A DNA stretch of 64,000 nt from Octopus sinensis (lineage: Eukaryota): positions 70,742,001 through 70,806,000 of the forward strand of contig NC_042998.1 of the NCBI RefSeq assembly GCF_006345805.1, in the 5' to 3' direction. Below are positions 41,547 to 54,832 of the stretch, in pieces (within the stretch, counting starts at the first letter, position 1; each line of letters starts with the position of its first letter). The notes under the pieces were generated by a model. It did no database searches. It was not told the origin of the DNA and saw nothing but the letters and a program-made list of their open reading frames with translations. The position numbers and the translations under genes are program-made.

Positions 41547-43589
41547 TGTCTGTGTTTGCCTGTGTGAGTGTGTGTGTATGTGTGTGTGTATGTGTGTGTG
41601 TATTTGTGTGTTTGTGTATGTGCGACTGATGTGGTAAATATTCCAAGAAACATGTCGGTGTTTCGCGTGAAAACATATGGTATATATCCAATATTGTCGC
41701 TACATGGTGTATTCGAATTTAACTTTTCCCATTTGCTTAATTTGCATATAAATTTTAGTGGGTCTACTGTTTGGTGAATGGTTGTTTACTCTCAGTAATT
41801 AACTATCTCGCGTTCACGAACTAAAATCGTACCAGGTAGCTTTATGTGTATGTATCTAATGTATGCACACACACACGTACACTCACACGCACTCACACGC
41901 ACTCACACACACACACAGGGTCACACAAACACACGCACGCACCAATATACAGATTTTCTTTGCTCGAGGTTGTGTGGATTTTATAATTGTGATATTCTGT
42001 AATATTGAACAAATTATAAATTATCTAATGGATTTATGGGAAATATATTTGAAGCCAGGTGCAGACTACATATGACTATTTTACAGATACCTCCCAACTT
42101 TTCGGACATTGATGGTCTTAGATATCTTTATAATCCGCACTATTTTACGTTCAGGAACTTAAAGTTTCTGCAGCCATCAGACAAAATTTCTCGTACCTTG
42201 CACACTATTAATAAACCTGTATCATTTATACCTATGTACAGCTACTTGTATTTCATTTAATACTTGTTTAATTTAGAGTACGTTGACCAAAGTGACCACC
42301 CTTGCTACGGAAAAAATAATGTAATACCGAAAGGTTCTGGAACCAAATGTTCCGGAAAATCGATATTCTATCTGCTTTACAATATTTAAGCGAATGTTAT
42401 TGATATTAAGTATTTGAAGTACTGTAGCAAGGGTGATCGCATAGCGGAGAATGTAATAAATGAACAAGTTTTTCATGGAAAATAAATTTCTGTTAAGCTA
42501 AATAACTGTGCTGAAAGTGAAAGTGAAATTAGAATTTAGTTATTGAAATTAGACAGCTAACTCACTTGATAGAAATTCAAACATAGTTGGAGTGTTGGAA
42601 GTTTGAGCTGATCTATCTTTAGTTTCCTATGGATCTTCTTTGAACATAGATCTATTAAAGATAGGCAACAAGAATAACAGTTCTTTAGTATTTGGTGGGA
42701 GTTATACAGTTAAGCAGATTCTTAGCATCTTGGTCAGACCAATAAGAGGGCGTAAACATAGAACTGCAAAATAAAAGAAATACTCGATAAAAACGACAAT
42801 AAAGCATCAATAGGTGGATACGAAACTTCAAATCATAGATTGCATGCCTGGCACTACCTCCATTAGGCCTACTGCTGCAGCTTGTAAATGTATAGAAGGT
42901 CATTCTAAATGATGGATGAAGATGTAATGCTAGGAATAGAAGTTGTTTGATAATGACAAGGTGATTGAAGAATGCTTTGAGCTGTTATCAGCGTTGAATA
43001 TTCATGAGGTGATAGCGAGGAAGGCTGTGATTAAGAAGAGGTTGGCTCAAACTTCTCAGATCTTTCCAAGAAAACGTGAGAAAAATGAGTAAACGTTTCG
43101 AAAAGCTGCGACATAATATGGAACAATGAGTTCCTGACGTTGATATTGTCACTGAATAGCATTAGAGACAGGAAGTAAAGAGAAAAGAGAGGAAAACAAG
43201 ATGGCGGAGTGGTGGAGTCCGAGATAGAATACATAATGACGATAGTAAAGAAGATCATGATGGTGGTTGTACGGAGAATGATGACGACGACGACGATGAT
43301 GATGATGATGATGACGATGTTGGTGGTGATGGTTATGATGATAGCAACGATAAAAATGATGTTGATTTGGATTAAAATAAAAATAATGATAATGGTAGCA
43401 ATTAAAACAATGATGGTGCTGATAAATGAGAATAATGATGGTGAAACGAATGATAAGCAAAAGTAGATAACAGTAAATGTTGGGTGTGAAGAAAGTAATG
43501 CTAGTAACGAAGAAGTACAAATGGAAACGATTCCCGGAGATGGTTGTAGTAACACACACACATACACACAAACAAATATATATGTATGT

Positions 43590-45252
43590 ATATCATAATT
43601 CAGTTTTATCTCAAGATTTTTGCCAATCGAGATAAAGCCAGTTTCTAACTTAGATCCAAGGCTCCTTCATTGGAATTTCAACATCAACAACAGGGTATGT
43701 ATGTATGTATGTATGTATGTATGTATGTATGTATGTATGTATGTATGTATGTATGTATGTATGTATGTATGTATGTATGTATGTATGCAGAAGTGTATGC
43801 TTTGTTTTATGTATGCCTTCTAATTGCATCTATTTGCATACCTATCCATGCTCATATATACTTGAATGATAAACTTTTGGAAAATTTTACAGATACAGAT
43901 CTGTAGTCTTCGAATCATCTCTCTGCTTTCTAGTTTTTAGAAGCCTAATTTCACAAGATGGGTATTTAGGCAGTGTGTTGCATATCACAGTGCCCCAGTA
44001 ACTACAGGTATAAACCTTATCTTGTAATCTAGATAGAGTAGCTGTAGATTCCGCAATAGTTCAGCGTAGGTACTTTCTTTTTCGCTGATCTTTAGCTTTA
44101 TGTTAACATCCGCTGAGCCGCTGATTTCTACAGCTGTACACAGTTTCCCTTCTCCATTCTAATTTATTATGTCAGTTCTATTGCGTTTACATCTTATTGT
44201 GGTTTTCACTGGGACATTCCACCAGTACTCCTTTTTATTATGGGTGGCTATGCCTTCCACCATACAGCGGCTTATTTCTTTGTCTTCAGATCTCATCATT
44301 CGACAGATCTCATCATATAGTGTCCCAGCTACAACATCAAGTCACATTGGTAGATAATACCACGATAACATTTTTGGACAACTGCTTATGATGTGGATGA
44401 TATCTTCGGTGTTAACTCCACAAAGTCTGAATCGGTTGTCACATTTTGCGACTTTTCGTGCACCTCTGTCTCTTTTGTGCATCAGGTATTTGCTTGATAT
44501 TTCCTGTTCCTGGATTGCAAACACATACTCTTCATAGTGGGAGGTAGTAATCCGATTGTTGGTCCATGATAGACTGCTTTGATGGTCAATGTTACTATAA
44601 CCTCGGAGCTCACTACTAACATGTCCATGCACGGTCTCTGCTCATATACGTTCATCCTTTCATCTGATGATACATTGGGTTAGAATCGTGCGACTTCTTT
44701 GGACATGTATTTAAGGCTATCAGACAAGGAATACTGTGCAAGAAGCTGCAAACTTGGTCAAGGGATGCACTTCGACACTTGGTGGTTAAAAGAATTTGAC
44801 GAAAAGATATGATACGACATTCGAAGACAGTTTGGATCGATGTTAAGTCACTGCCGCGCTGTTTTCGTTTTGAGTAGAGTCGGTCTAAGTCACTGATGAT
44901 GTGGAAATTATGTGTGCTGGTTAGTATATTCTGAATTTTCACATCAATGGTTCGGATCTCATCAAGTGTCTAATCATGCAGATCAAATGTTGGTATATGT
45001 GGCACTGCAAACACATTGTGGGTCACTGTAGAGAGTTCCGAGGAGGTCAAAATTTTCTTTATTCGGCTGTAATATTCTTTAGTATCACGTGTTTTGCTAT
45101 AGGTGTCATTACAAGATACGTTTTCATCCACCTCTAGATAACTGTGATATTTCTGAGACATAGGGAAACAGTCAAGTCATTGATGGAGATGTTGCTTGTC
45201 TGGTTTAGAGTTTTCCCTCTTTTCACAACCATATAGCAACATTTATCCTGAC
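43590..45252 (-). mobile_element. R4/Dong-clade LINE 3' portion, decayed
   Basis: DLDRLYSKRKQRG, FAIQEQEI, RLCGVNTEDIIHIISSC (CCHC), EYWWNVPV, restriction-like endonuclease region; 3' UTR contains (CATA)n. Confidence 0.88.
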
Positions 45253-45429
45253 ATATGTATGTATGTATGTATGTATTTATGTACGTACGTACGTATGTAT
45301 GTATGTATGTATGCATGTACGTACGTACGTATGTCTGTCTGTATGTATGTATGTATGTATGTATGTATGTATGTATGTATGTATGTATGTATGTATGTAT
45401 GTATGTATGTATGTATGTATGTATGTATG

Positions 45430-45690
45430 CATGCAAGAATGTATGTATGTTTGCATACGTGCAGATTTGTAAGTTTTGTGTTATGTATATTTTCTCATGC
45501 ATTTACTTGCATATCTACACATGCTTCTACAAACTTCAATAATAAACTTCTGGAAATTTTCATAGATTTTTACAATCAAAGTGATGGCTTGGATCTGTAG
45601 TCTTCGGATAAGATGTCTCCTTTCTAGTTTTCAGAAGCCTGATTTCACAAGATTGGTATTTATGAAGTGTGCTTCATATCATAATGCCTC
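45430..45690 (-). mobile_element. R4/Dong LINE 3' end, second copy
   Basis: Homologous to 43790-43975. Confidence 0.8.
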
Positions 45691-45694
45691 AATA

Positions 45695-46252
45695 ATTACC
45701 TCCGTCAAAGAAGGAAGTTATGATTTCATCGGCGTTGTGAACAGTATTTTGAAGAAACCTGCAAGAAAAGTTGGTAATGACACAAAGAACACATGATGAA
45801 ATTTTGGTAGTGATCCGGGATTTTTTATGGATTCTTGAATGATTTTTCGTTTGTTATATTTACTTTACATGAAACATTACAATGTTACGTTGTCTAATTA
45901 TCTCCCTTGAAAACACGTTCATCATTTCCACGTAACCTATGATGGCCTTGCTGTTTCTAAAGGTTATTTTCGTTTCTCCATTAGTAATTTTACTCACGTA
46001 TCTATCTTAAAATGAGCTACTTGGCAGAGGTCTCCGGAGGATGGCATGACAGGCCTTGACTTTTGGGATAATTAATGTTTTTAAGGTTTAAAAAAAAAAA
46101 ATTATATGGCTGTATTAATCTTTTACCCCCGCTAAGGAGGTTATGTTTTTGCCGGCGTTGGTTTGAGAAATTGGGCGATTTTCAGCATGCGTGTATATGG
46201 GAGGAAATGAGCTGCTTGTCGGAGGTCTGCGCTCTCCGAATGCTTTTCTAGT
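45695..46252 (+). mobile_element. non-autonomous Helentron/Helitron-like (HINE/DINE-1-type) element fragments
   Basis: ATTACCTCCG..AAGGAAGTTATG start (again at ~46118), subterminal IR CGGAGGT, hairpin GCGCTCTCCGAATGC, CTAGT end. Confidence 0.55.
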
Positions 46253-48189
46253 TATATATGTATTGGACATATGTATGTATGTATGTATGTATGTATTTTG
46301 CATGTATGTGTTTTTGTACGTATGTATGCATGTGTTTTTGTGTGTATGTATATGTCAGGTTGCTACAGATTGCTACTCGTAACGTTACCAATACATTCGG
46401 TGTCACGGTCGGGTCATCAGCGACTTAAGTGGTGGCCCCACAAAAGATTTAGGTGATGAGGGTAAGGAGTGATGATTTATAGTCAAGATACAAACTTTGT
46501 TAGATGGTACTGCGAGGTTTGGAAGTCCCTTTATCCACTTTGGAAATCTTCACTTTTGTGAAGATTCTCAGTAAATGCTAACGAAGAAAGAAGGTTGAAG
46601 TTCCGTCCGTATATCTTCAATATCTTCTATTTGGTCTGTTTATTTTTGTTTTTGTACTTGTCTAAACACTTTAATTACGTCATTTACACACATACACACG
46701 TATAAAATTTACATATTGCTCTCGTGTGCGTATTTGATACAGTAAATGCCGCTTATTAGAATCAGGTATAAATTCATCCGCTTTTGATATAAAATAAGTG
46801 GACCCTAAATTCTTTATTCAAATTGGATTGTCTTACAACGACCATACCCCCGGAGGAACCGTTACTCAACCATGAAAATCACTCATAACAGAAATGAAAA
46901 CAAATGATCCTGTGATGATATTGTTGGTCGGAGGTTGTAGCTGTTTCAGTCGTGCTTTTAGTTGACAAGGGTTATAATCATAGAAAATGTCAACAACCAG
47001 TTGTTGATATAAAAAAATTTGTGGATACTAAACTTTATTCACACTGGATAATCGGCTTATTGAGATCATAGCTCCAGAGAATTTGATAAAAAATGTTATA
47101 GAAAAAACCGCTACACAGTGAAAAGTTTAGCCTGGAAATCAAAGTAATGAACAATACTCTAACGTACTTAAATAATTTTCGAGTAGTTAAAATCACTTTG
47201 GGGTTTTGTGTATTAAGGACGAATTTTGATTATTATTTTTTCTTTTTATCAAAATTATTTTTATTGGCTGGTTAAGACAGTTGACATTTTCTGTTCGTTA
47301 CTTGTTTAATTTTTTTTCATTTTCAGCTAGGTATGAAAAAATAACGACAACAGCAAAAACAACAGCAACAACTGAACTACTTTTTTACTCTTCAATTTGA
47401 AGCCTCCGGACATTTTTATGCATAGAAAATAGCGAAACAAAGGTGTGCCTGCAGGTAATAACAACCATCATTGCTGGAAATGTGGCACATGTGAATTGGG
47501 AGACATTATTCAATAAATGAAGAAAAGAAGAAATAAAAATTATATATTTTAAGCATAGAAACAATTTAAATCCAATAAATTTATTAATGAAGAGAAATGA
47601 AAGTAAAACATTCGAAAATATATAACTAAAACATACTAATAGGTTTCTTTGAAATGCCGCAGGCAAAATGGATGAATTGTCGCCACTCTGAATGTGAAAG
47701 AAACAACTGTGTGATCGAAATGAGTTGAAATCAAAGCACAAATGAAAGACGTACTGTGCGTGTGGTACAATGTTAGCAGCCTATGGAATAAACGAGCGTT
47801 GCAGCTTAGGCAGAAAGTATGTATGATGTTATGACAATTACTCCAGGTCGTCTATAGCAAGGCGTCGGTTCCAGTTTTACCGAACTCATAAACATTCAAC
47901 TATATCCGCGACTTATTTATAGCTGAAGCGATGTCGTATATAATTGTAAATATATATGCGAAGTTATACGACAAAACTACAATCAATAAACGAAGCCAGA
48001 CAAATACTGCTTAAGTTTCTGATAAGTAAATACTCAATAAAGAATGGCACAGTAAAATATCGCTTTTAAGATAGGAAATCTTATGTGATATTTAAAATAC
48101 AGTTTATCAGTGATTCCTGTCATATGCTTTATCTTGTTTATAAATTTTAGAAGTACGTATGTATGTCTACATATACCCACAAGCACTTA

Positions 48190-48316
48190 CGCGCACATAC
48201 GCACATACGCGCACATACGCACATACGCGCACATACGCACATACGCGCACATACGCACATATGCACATACGCGCACATACGCACATACGCGCACATACGC
48301 ACATACGCACACACGC
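48190..48316. repeat. 18-bp minisatellite (GCGCACATACGCACATAC)n
   Basis: About 6-7 units. Confidence 0.9.
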
Positions 48317-48748
48317 ACTGATGTACATACAATTATATGTCTACACCTCAAATTGAAGTAGTCATTCGTACAAAATTATAAATATTGTTCGAGAAAAATA
48401 TATTTTAAAAGTGCGAAAAACTGATGTACCTTAAATATACGGGTTTACCTTGCATTTTAAGGTCGTTAACTGGACTGTGACTCGTTTGACGAATGTTGAA
48501 CACGACTAGCAAGAAAAGCAATTCATTCCTTGCAAATCTGATACAAGTAAATAGTTACCCGAAATTAAACGTTCTAGATATGTTGGTTCACATTCCTAAC
48601 AAAATAAAAACTGCCAGAGTGACAGTAGCTTAGCTTTGGAGAGTAGATGGGTGATTCCGCCCAGGGCGGCACTTTTGGGTCTCTGGTATATGCAAAGTTA
48701 TATATCCAAGCTCAGGATTTGCTCCGCTTCTACCCCTCTCTCTCTCTC

Positions 48749-48810
<62 letters not shown>

Positions 48811-49008
48811 GATAAATATCAATGTGAGTTATATACAGTAGCGGTAACACAACGTGACGTATTTTTGCCATTTCAATATGGCTAACCCCCCTAAGGGTGG
48901 ATGCTACTGTAGTGTTTAGCCCCAGGAGGACACACTCCTCCAGCTGGCCATAGACACACTTTCTGTGTCCTGTCAGTATTTGCAAAGGGAAGTCATCCTT
49001 CTCGTCTT

Positions 49009-49077
49009 CAACTTATGATACACACGGACTCGAGTTTCGAGTATTGACCTCTCGTCAGCGTGTGACAATCATAGTTG
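49009..49077 (-). ncRNA. type I hammerhead ribozyme copy 1 (1-nt deletion in stem II)
   Basis: CACACG-CTGACGA-GAGGTCAATACTC-GAAAC-TCGA-GTC-CGTGTG. Confidence 0.8.
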
Positions 49078-49358
49078 TCGCCGAGAATTAGATTTCCTTC
49101 ACAAATACTTATACTTTTTCCAGCGTCCACTGTCGCTGATATTGAAAAAGTGAAATCCAACAATGATAATATCAATGTGAGTTATATACAGTAGCGGTAA
49201 CACAACGTGACGTATTTTTGCCATTTCAATATGGCTAACCCCTAAGGGTGGATGCTACTGTAGTGTTTAGCCCCAGGAGGACACACTCCTCCAGCTGGCC
49301 ATAGACACACTTTCTGTGTCCTGTCAGTATTTGCAAAGGAAGTCATCCTTCTCGTCTT

Positions 49359-49427
49359 CAACTTATGATACACACGGACTCGAGTTTCGAGGTATTGACC
49401 TCTCGTCAGCGTGTGACAATCATAGTG
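49359..49427 (-). ncRNA. type I hammerhead ribozyme copy 2
   Basis: Intact core; predicted cleavage 3' of the C complementary to position 49377. Confidence 0.9.
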
Positions 49428-49649
49428 TCGCCGAGAATTAGATTTCCTTCACAAATACTTATACTTTTTCCAGCGTCCACTGTCGCTGATATTGAAAAAG
49501 TGAAATCCAACAATGATAAATATCAATGTGAGTTATATACAGGCGGTAACACAACGTGACGTATTTTTGCCTTTCACTTTTTCAATATCAGCGACAGTGG
49601 ACGCTGGAAAAAGTATAAGTATTTGTGAAGGAAATCTAATTCTCGGCGA

Positions 49650-49719
49650 CAACTATGATTGTCACACGCTGACGAGAGGTCAATACCTCGAAACTCGAGT
49701 CCGTGTGTATCATAAGTTG
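49650..49719 (+). ncRNA. type I hammerhead ribozyme copy 3 (best-formed copy)
   Basis: CAACTATGAT-TGT-CACACG CTGACGA GAGG-TCAATA-CCTC GAAAC-TCGA-GTC CGTGTG-T-ATCATAAGTTG; predicted cleavage after C49701. Confidence 0.93.
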
Positions 49720-50002
49720 AAGACGAGAAGGATGACTTCCCTTTGCAAATACTGACAGGACACAGAAAGTGTGTCTATGGCCAGCTGGAGGAGTGTGTCC
49801 TCCTGGGGCTAAACACTACAGTAGCATCCACCCTTAGGGGTTAGCCATATTGAAATGGCAAAAATACGTCACGTTGTGTTACCGCTACTGTATATAACTC
49901 ACACTGATATTTATCATTGTTGGATTTCACTTTTTCAATATCAGCGACAGTGGACGCTGGAAAAAGTATAAGTATTTGTGAAGGAAATCTAATTCTCGGC
50001 AA

Positions 50003-50072
50003 CAACTATGATTGTCACACGCTGACGAGAGGTCAATACCTCGAAACTCGAGTCCGTGTGTATCATAATTTG
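50003..50072 (+). ncRNA. type I hammerhead ribozyme copy 4
   Basis: Intact core; predicted cleavage after C50054. Confidence 0.9.
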
Positions 50073-50237
50073 AAGACGAGAAGGATGACTTCCTTTGCAA
50101 ATACTGACAGGACACAGAAAGTGTGTTTATGGCCAGCTGGAGGAGTGTGTCCTCCTGGGGCTAAACCTACAGTAGCATCCACCCTTAGGGGTTAGCCATA
50201 TTGAAATGGCAAAAATACGTCACGTTATATATATAAT

Positions 50238-50314
<77 letters not shown>

Positions 50315-50419
50315 CATAGATAAATTTCAGGGTAATAAAAACTATATAGAAATGTTTTGCTACCAGTGGTCTAGCGTGAAGAAAACACTAGTCAATAGAC
50401 TATATATTATTCATATAAC

Positions 50420-50872
50420 TACAGTGTACGTTTAAACACATAAGAGACGGCTATAATAGGACATTTAACCCGCTAGAAGGAGTAGTTAAAATCCAAACCA
50501 CTATTAGGGGTAATTCCGAAAAGGAATGAAAAATAAAAACATTTACCATCTATTTCTGTATCATGGTTTCGAGCTATCTTCAGCAAATAAAATAATTTGG
50601 TAGTCGCAGCTATCAACAGCAGGAAAGCCAAGATTAAACATTGCCTCGTATTTATATGTTAATCTTGGCTTTCCTGCTGATGATAGCTGCGCCTAGCTAA
50701 GTATTTCATTTGCTGAAGATAGCTTGAAACCATGGTACAGGAAATAGATACTAAATGTTTTTATTTTTCATTCCCTTTCGAAATTACCTCTAATAGTTGT
50801 TTGGATTTTAACTACTCCTTCTTGTGGGTTAGATGTCCTGTTATGGTCATCTCTTATGTGTTTAAACGTACA

Positions 50873-50877
<5 letters not shown>
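50420..50877. repeat. foldback, ~220-bp arms (50420-50640 / 50657-50877), 16-nt loop
   Basis: Arms are reverse complementary at roughly 85% by eye; contains CTGAAGATAGCTYGAAACCATG. Confidence 0.92.
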
Positions 50878-50962
<85 letters not shown>

Positions 50963-52619
50963 TTATATTAAGGCATGTACATACGCAAATATACTACAAA
51001 CATGCACACACACATAAGTATGTATGCACACAAGTATATATGTGTATGCATGTGTGTGTGTGTACACACGCACTCACACACGTACCATGTTTTTAAATAT
51101 GTATTTACAGTCGTCAAACTGCCATACCAAAAATTAAGATTACTCTGTACGGTCATAAATTACTTCTGTCTTGCTCAATTCATGAATACCTTAGAAAAGG
51201 GTCTTATATCGAGGGTGCGGGGTACTAATCACATATACAGTCATCGCTACTGCCATAAATACACTCAATTTAAACCATAACCAAGAGAAGACGCAAGTTT
51301 TCAACTTTTTTAAGCAGGCATGCGTACTTTTGCTGAATAACAGACACTATGCCTTTCGTACACATAAGACGTCCACTTCAGACCAACAAACGCGTTTATA
51401 TTTCTCCCTCTCTCCCGATCAGTAATCTGATTCAGCAGCCAGATCACGCATTAAATATTTTTTCCTATCCGTCATCTTTATCCCTTGTCACACTCAACTC
51501 ATAATCTGAAGTCGAAGCAGAAATCCAAGGTGAACATCGACTATAAATTCCTCATTCATGGAACTAAGTTGATTTATGTAAAATACTTTATTACATCCAA
51601 GCTGACACCGAAAAGCTACAATGAAATTCGAAATCTCGATTGATGGGAGGCATAGTTAAATATTTTATCCGTTTATCCAATTTAATTCGCTTTCCCTCTT
51701 TTGATTGTACCTGCCTGTCTGTCTGCCTGTCTCTATAGGTATGTTTATATTAAGCTATGTACACACGCATATACATACTACAAACATGCACACACACACA
51801 TACACGCATATAAGTATGCATGTAAGTATATATGTATATGTATGTTTGTATATATATATTATTTATATATATGCATATTATGTATATGTGTATATATATT
51901 TATATCATTTATATATATGCATATTATATATATATACATATCTATATATAGGCATATTATGTGTACACACGCACATACACATGCACATATATATTCGTAT
52001 GTGTATGTATGTATTTTCATGTATATTCATGTATAGAACATTACATTATGTTTAAAGGCAAAAAAAAAATGATACAGCAACAACAAAACATGGGAAGATA
52101 TTTACTCTGTTCTAAACTGTATCCTATTGTTAAGTTATAAGATTTAAAATGTTTTATTCAATATATCTTAAACAAAAAGTCAGGCGTGAATTAACCGGAA
52201 ATCGGCTAAAAAATAAGTGACAGGTATTTTGCTAATAGCCGCAGTCTAAGCGCATCATACAAAAGTTAACACTCACACACGCACGTGCACAGAGACGCTT
52301 TCTCTCTATTTTCTCTCATGCACATACACACACACGCTCACACACGAACGTCCACGCACACACTCACATTTATGTAACACGAAGTTGACGTTTCTTAAAA
52401 ACAAGTTTTATTTAAAAGTAAATTAACAAACAAATCAAAATACTTTTAATGACTCCATCTTCTCTGGTGAAGGCATAAAGTCTATTAAACTTCTAATTGG
52501 ATTCCACATTGCTTTTGAAGGAAAGAAACAAAAATAAACGAGAAGGTATGTGAAATCCGTTAGGAAAGCGAAAAATAATATATACGCGCTCACACACACA
52601 CACATACACACATACACAG

Positions 52620-52652
<33 letters not shown>

Positions 52653-54108
52653 CACATATATATACAGCAGTACAGGCACACACGCATACAAAACAGACAC
52701 ATGTACACATATATAAATAGACTAAACAAATATATTTACAAAGTATAAGGTTATTTACATAAATGACATACATAATCTTATACACACATAAATATACATG
52801 TGCACATACATATAAACGTATATAATGTGTGTCTGCGTGTGCATGTGAGTGAACATATTTGGATATAGAGGAAATTATACATTGAAAACAAAATAAAAGG
52901 TTTTTGTATGTGGAAAATAGTCTTAATGATTTAAAATGTCGTATAGGAATGTTAAATGTTACAATTAATGAATAGAATCTATTTTGTATTTTGATAAATG
53001 ACTGTAGTCTATTGAGGAAAAAGGAGGGGTTGGTGACAAATACAGAAAGACATTGTATGAGAAATCTCTATTCCCTCTGACGTAATATTGAAAAGAAAAT
53101 GGAAGTTTGCTATCAACATCTCCATAAACTGTTAATCTATTGACAGAAAAGAAGCAGATAATGAAGAGAATCGACTTGATATTGTGTTTGTAGAATACAA
53201 AGGTAGAAGAATACAACAATAACAACCGCACCAACAACAACAACAACTAAAATCTCTAAACTAAATACATTTGCATCGATCAAAACGGTTACAAATACAA
53301 ATACAAATACAAAAACAAAAAAAGAACAAGATGAAACAAATACATAACGAACCTGGAATTCTTCGAATCACGAGTTTAGTTGGATGTTAAGCTAGACTAT
53401 AGAAATATACTTGTGTTTGAGTAGAATAGTGAATAATTTGGCGAGTTCCTGATTGAAAATCAATTGTGAAATCCAACATTGACACAGTAAATAAAGACTC
53501 CGATGGGAAATTGAAGCCGATATTTGATGGCTGAGAAGACGCCTCCCTCTAAAAACCACCCCCAATAACAAAAAAAAAAACAAAAAAAAAACACAAATGT
53601 TCGGGAAATAAATGAAATGAAAAACATGCAATATTGAAATGAAAATAAACGACTCTTCATTTTATTTTATAATGGGACCTCTTATAAGAATACTCTTTCA
53701 AAAGTTGGATGTTCAATAGGAAGACAAAAAATATCTAAAAAAGAAAAAAAGAAACAGACGATATTTTCTGACAAGCCGATAATAAGACGAGTAATTTTCA
53801 GGATGCTTACAGCTAAAGAGAAAATGCCTTGAAGTATTTAGTTAAGTTCATTTACATGCTGAGTTCTTATTCTGTCGATGTCCAGTCTGATTGAAATCAC
53901 CCAAGGGCCAATAAAATAAGTAATTATAAAGTACCCGGATAAATATAATCGACTATACCTCTTCAGAAATTCCTGTTGATTAAGGTTTGTTTCAAGATAT
54001 ATTTTACATGCGAAACAGTAACTCTACTGTATTTAGTCTGTAGAACGCTCTTTAAAGCTTTTACTCTTGATCATATTGCTGATCTTCAAAATCAGTCAGG
54101 TTATTTCC

Positions 54109-54139
<31 letters not shown>

Positions 54140-54163
54140 CATACATACATACATACATACATA

Positions 54164-54832
54164 CCAATGAAAGGCAAGCATTATAGACCTGACATAGAAA
54201 TTTAGGATAGAGAAGGGAAACTGTGTACAGTTGTGAAAATCAGCTGCCCAGGGGATGTTAACATAAAACTAAAAGATCAGCGAAAAAGAAAATACCTACG
54301 CTGAACTATTGAGGAATCTACAGCTACTCTATCCAGATTGCAAGCTGAGGTTTATACCTGTAATTGTTGGGGCACTGCGGTACGTAACCCACTGCCTAAA
54401 TATCAATCTTGAGAAATTAGGCTTCTTAAAACCAGAAAGCTGATTCGAAGACTACAGCTCCAAGCCATCATTGGAACTGTAAATATCTGTAAGACTTTCC
54501 AGAAGTTTATACTTTAAGTGTATATGAGAATGTCTAGACATGCAAGTATATGCATGAGAAGACACACATAAAACAAAACATACAACTCTGCACGTATACA
54601 CACATACATACATAATACATACATACGTATACATACATACATACATACATACATACATACATACATACATACATACATACATACATACATACATACATTC
54701 ATACATACATACATACATACATACATACATACATACATACATACAGACAGAAGGACAGACAGACAGACAGACATACTAGAAACCGGCTCTTTATTGGCAA
54801 GAAATCTTGAAATAAAATTGAATAGTGACATA
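54164..54832 (+). mobile_element. R4/Dong LINE 3' end, third copy, inside (TACA)n
   Basis: Homologous to the reverse complement of 43590-44190; (TACA)n at the 5' junction, inside the UTR and after the 3' end. Confidence 0.88.

Larger units (their letters stand above)
48809..50226. mobile_element. tandem + inverted array of ~350-bp hammerhead-bearing units (retrozyme/PLE pLTR-like)
   Basis: Units at 48809-49162 and 49163-49512, partial unit 49513-49571, then inverted units 49572-49917 and 49918-50226; near-identical; (TA)n on both sides. Confidence 0.93.

Noticed and set aside
42295-42438. MITE-like 12-15-bp terminal inverted repeat (CACCCTTGCTAC)
   Set aside because: Single copy in the window, no target-site duplication seen, too short to support a call
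43031-43571. Hydrophobic and His-rich ORFs resembling membrane or metal-binding proteins
   Set aside because: Derived from degenerate (GAT/GAC/AAT)n repeats
47337-47340. 4-nt microexon CTAG between TTTTCAG and GTATGA
   Set aside because: Frame-shifting length, no supporting context, and expected by chance
48809-50226. CRISPR-like or satellite interpretation of the repeated units
   Set aside because: No unique spacers, eukaryotic context, and the unit is ~350 bp with a ribozyme
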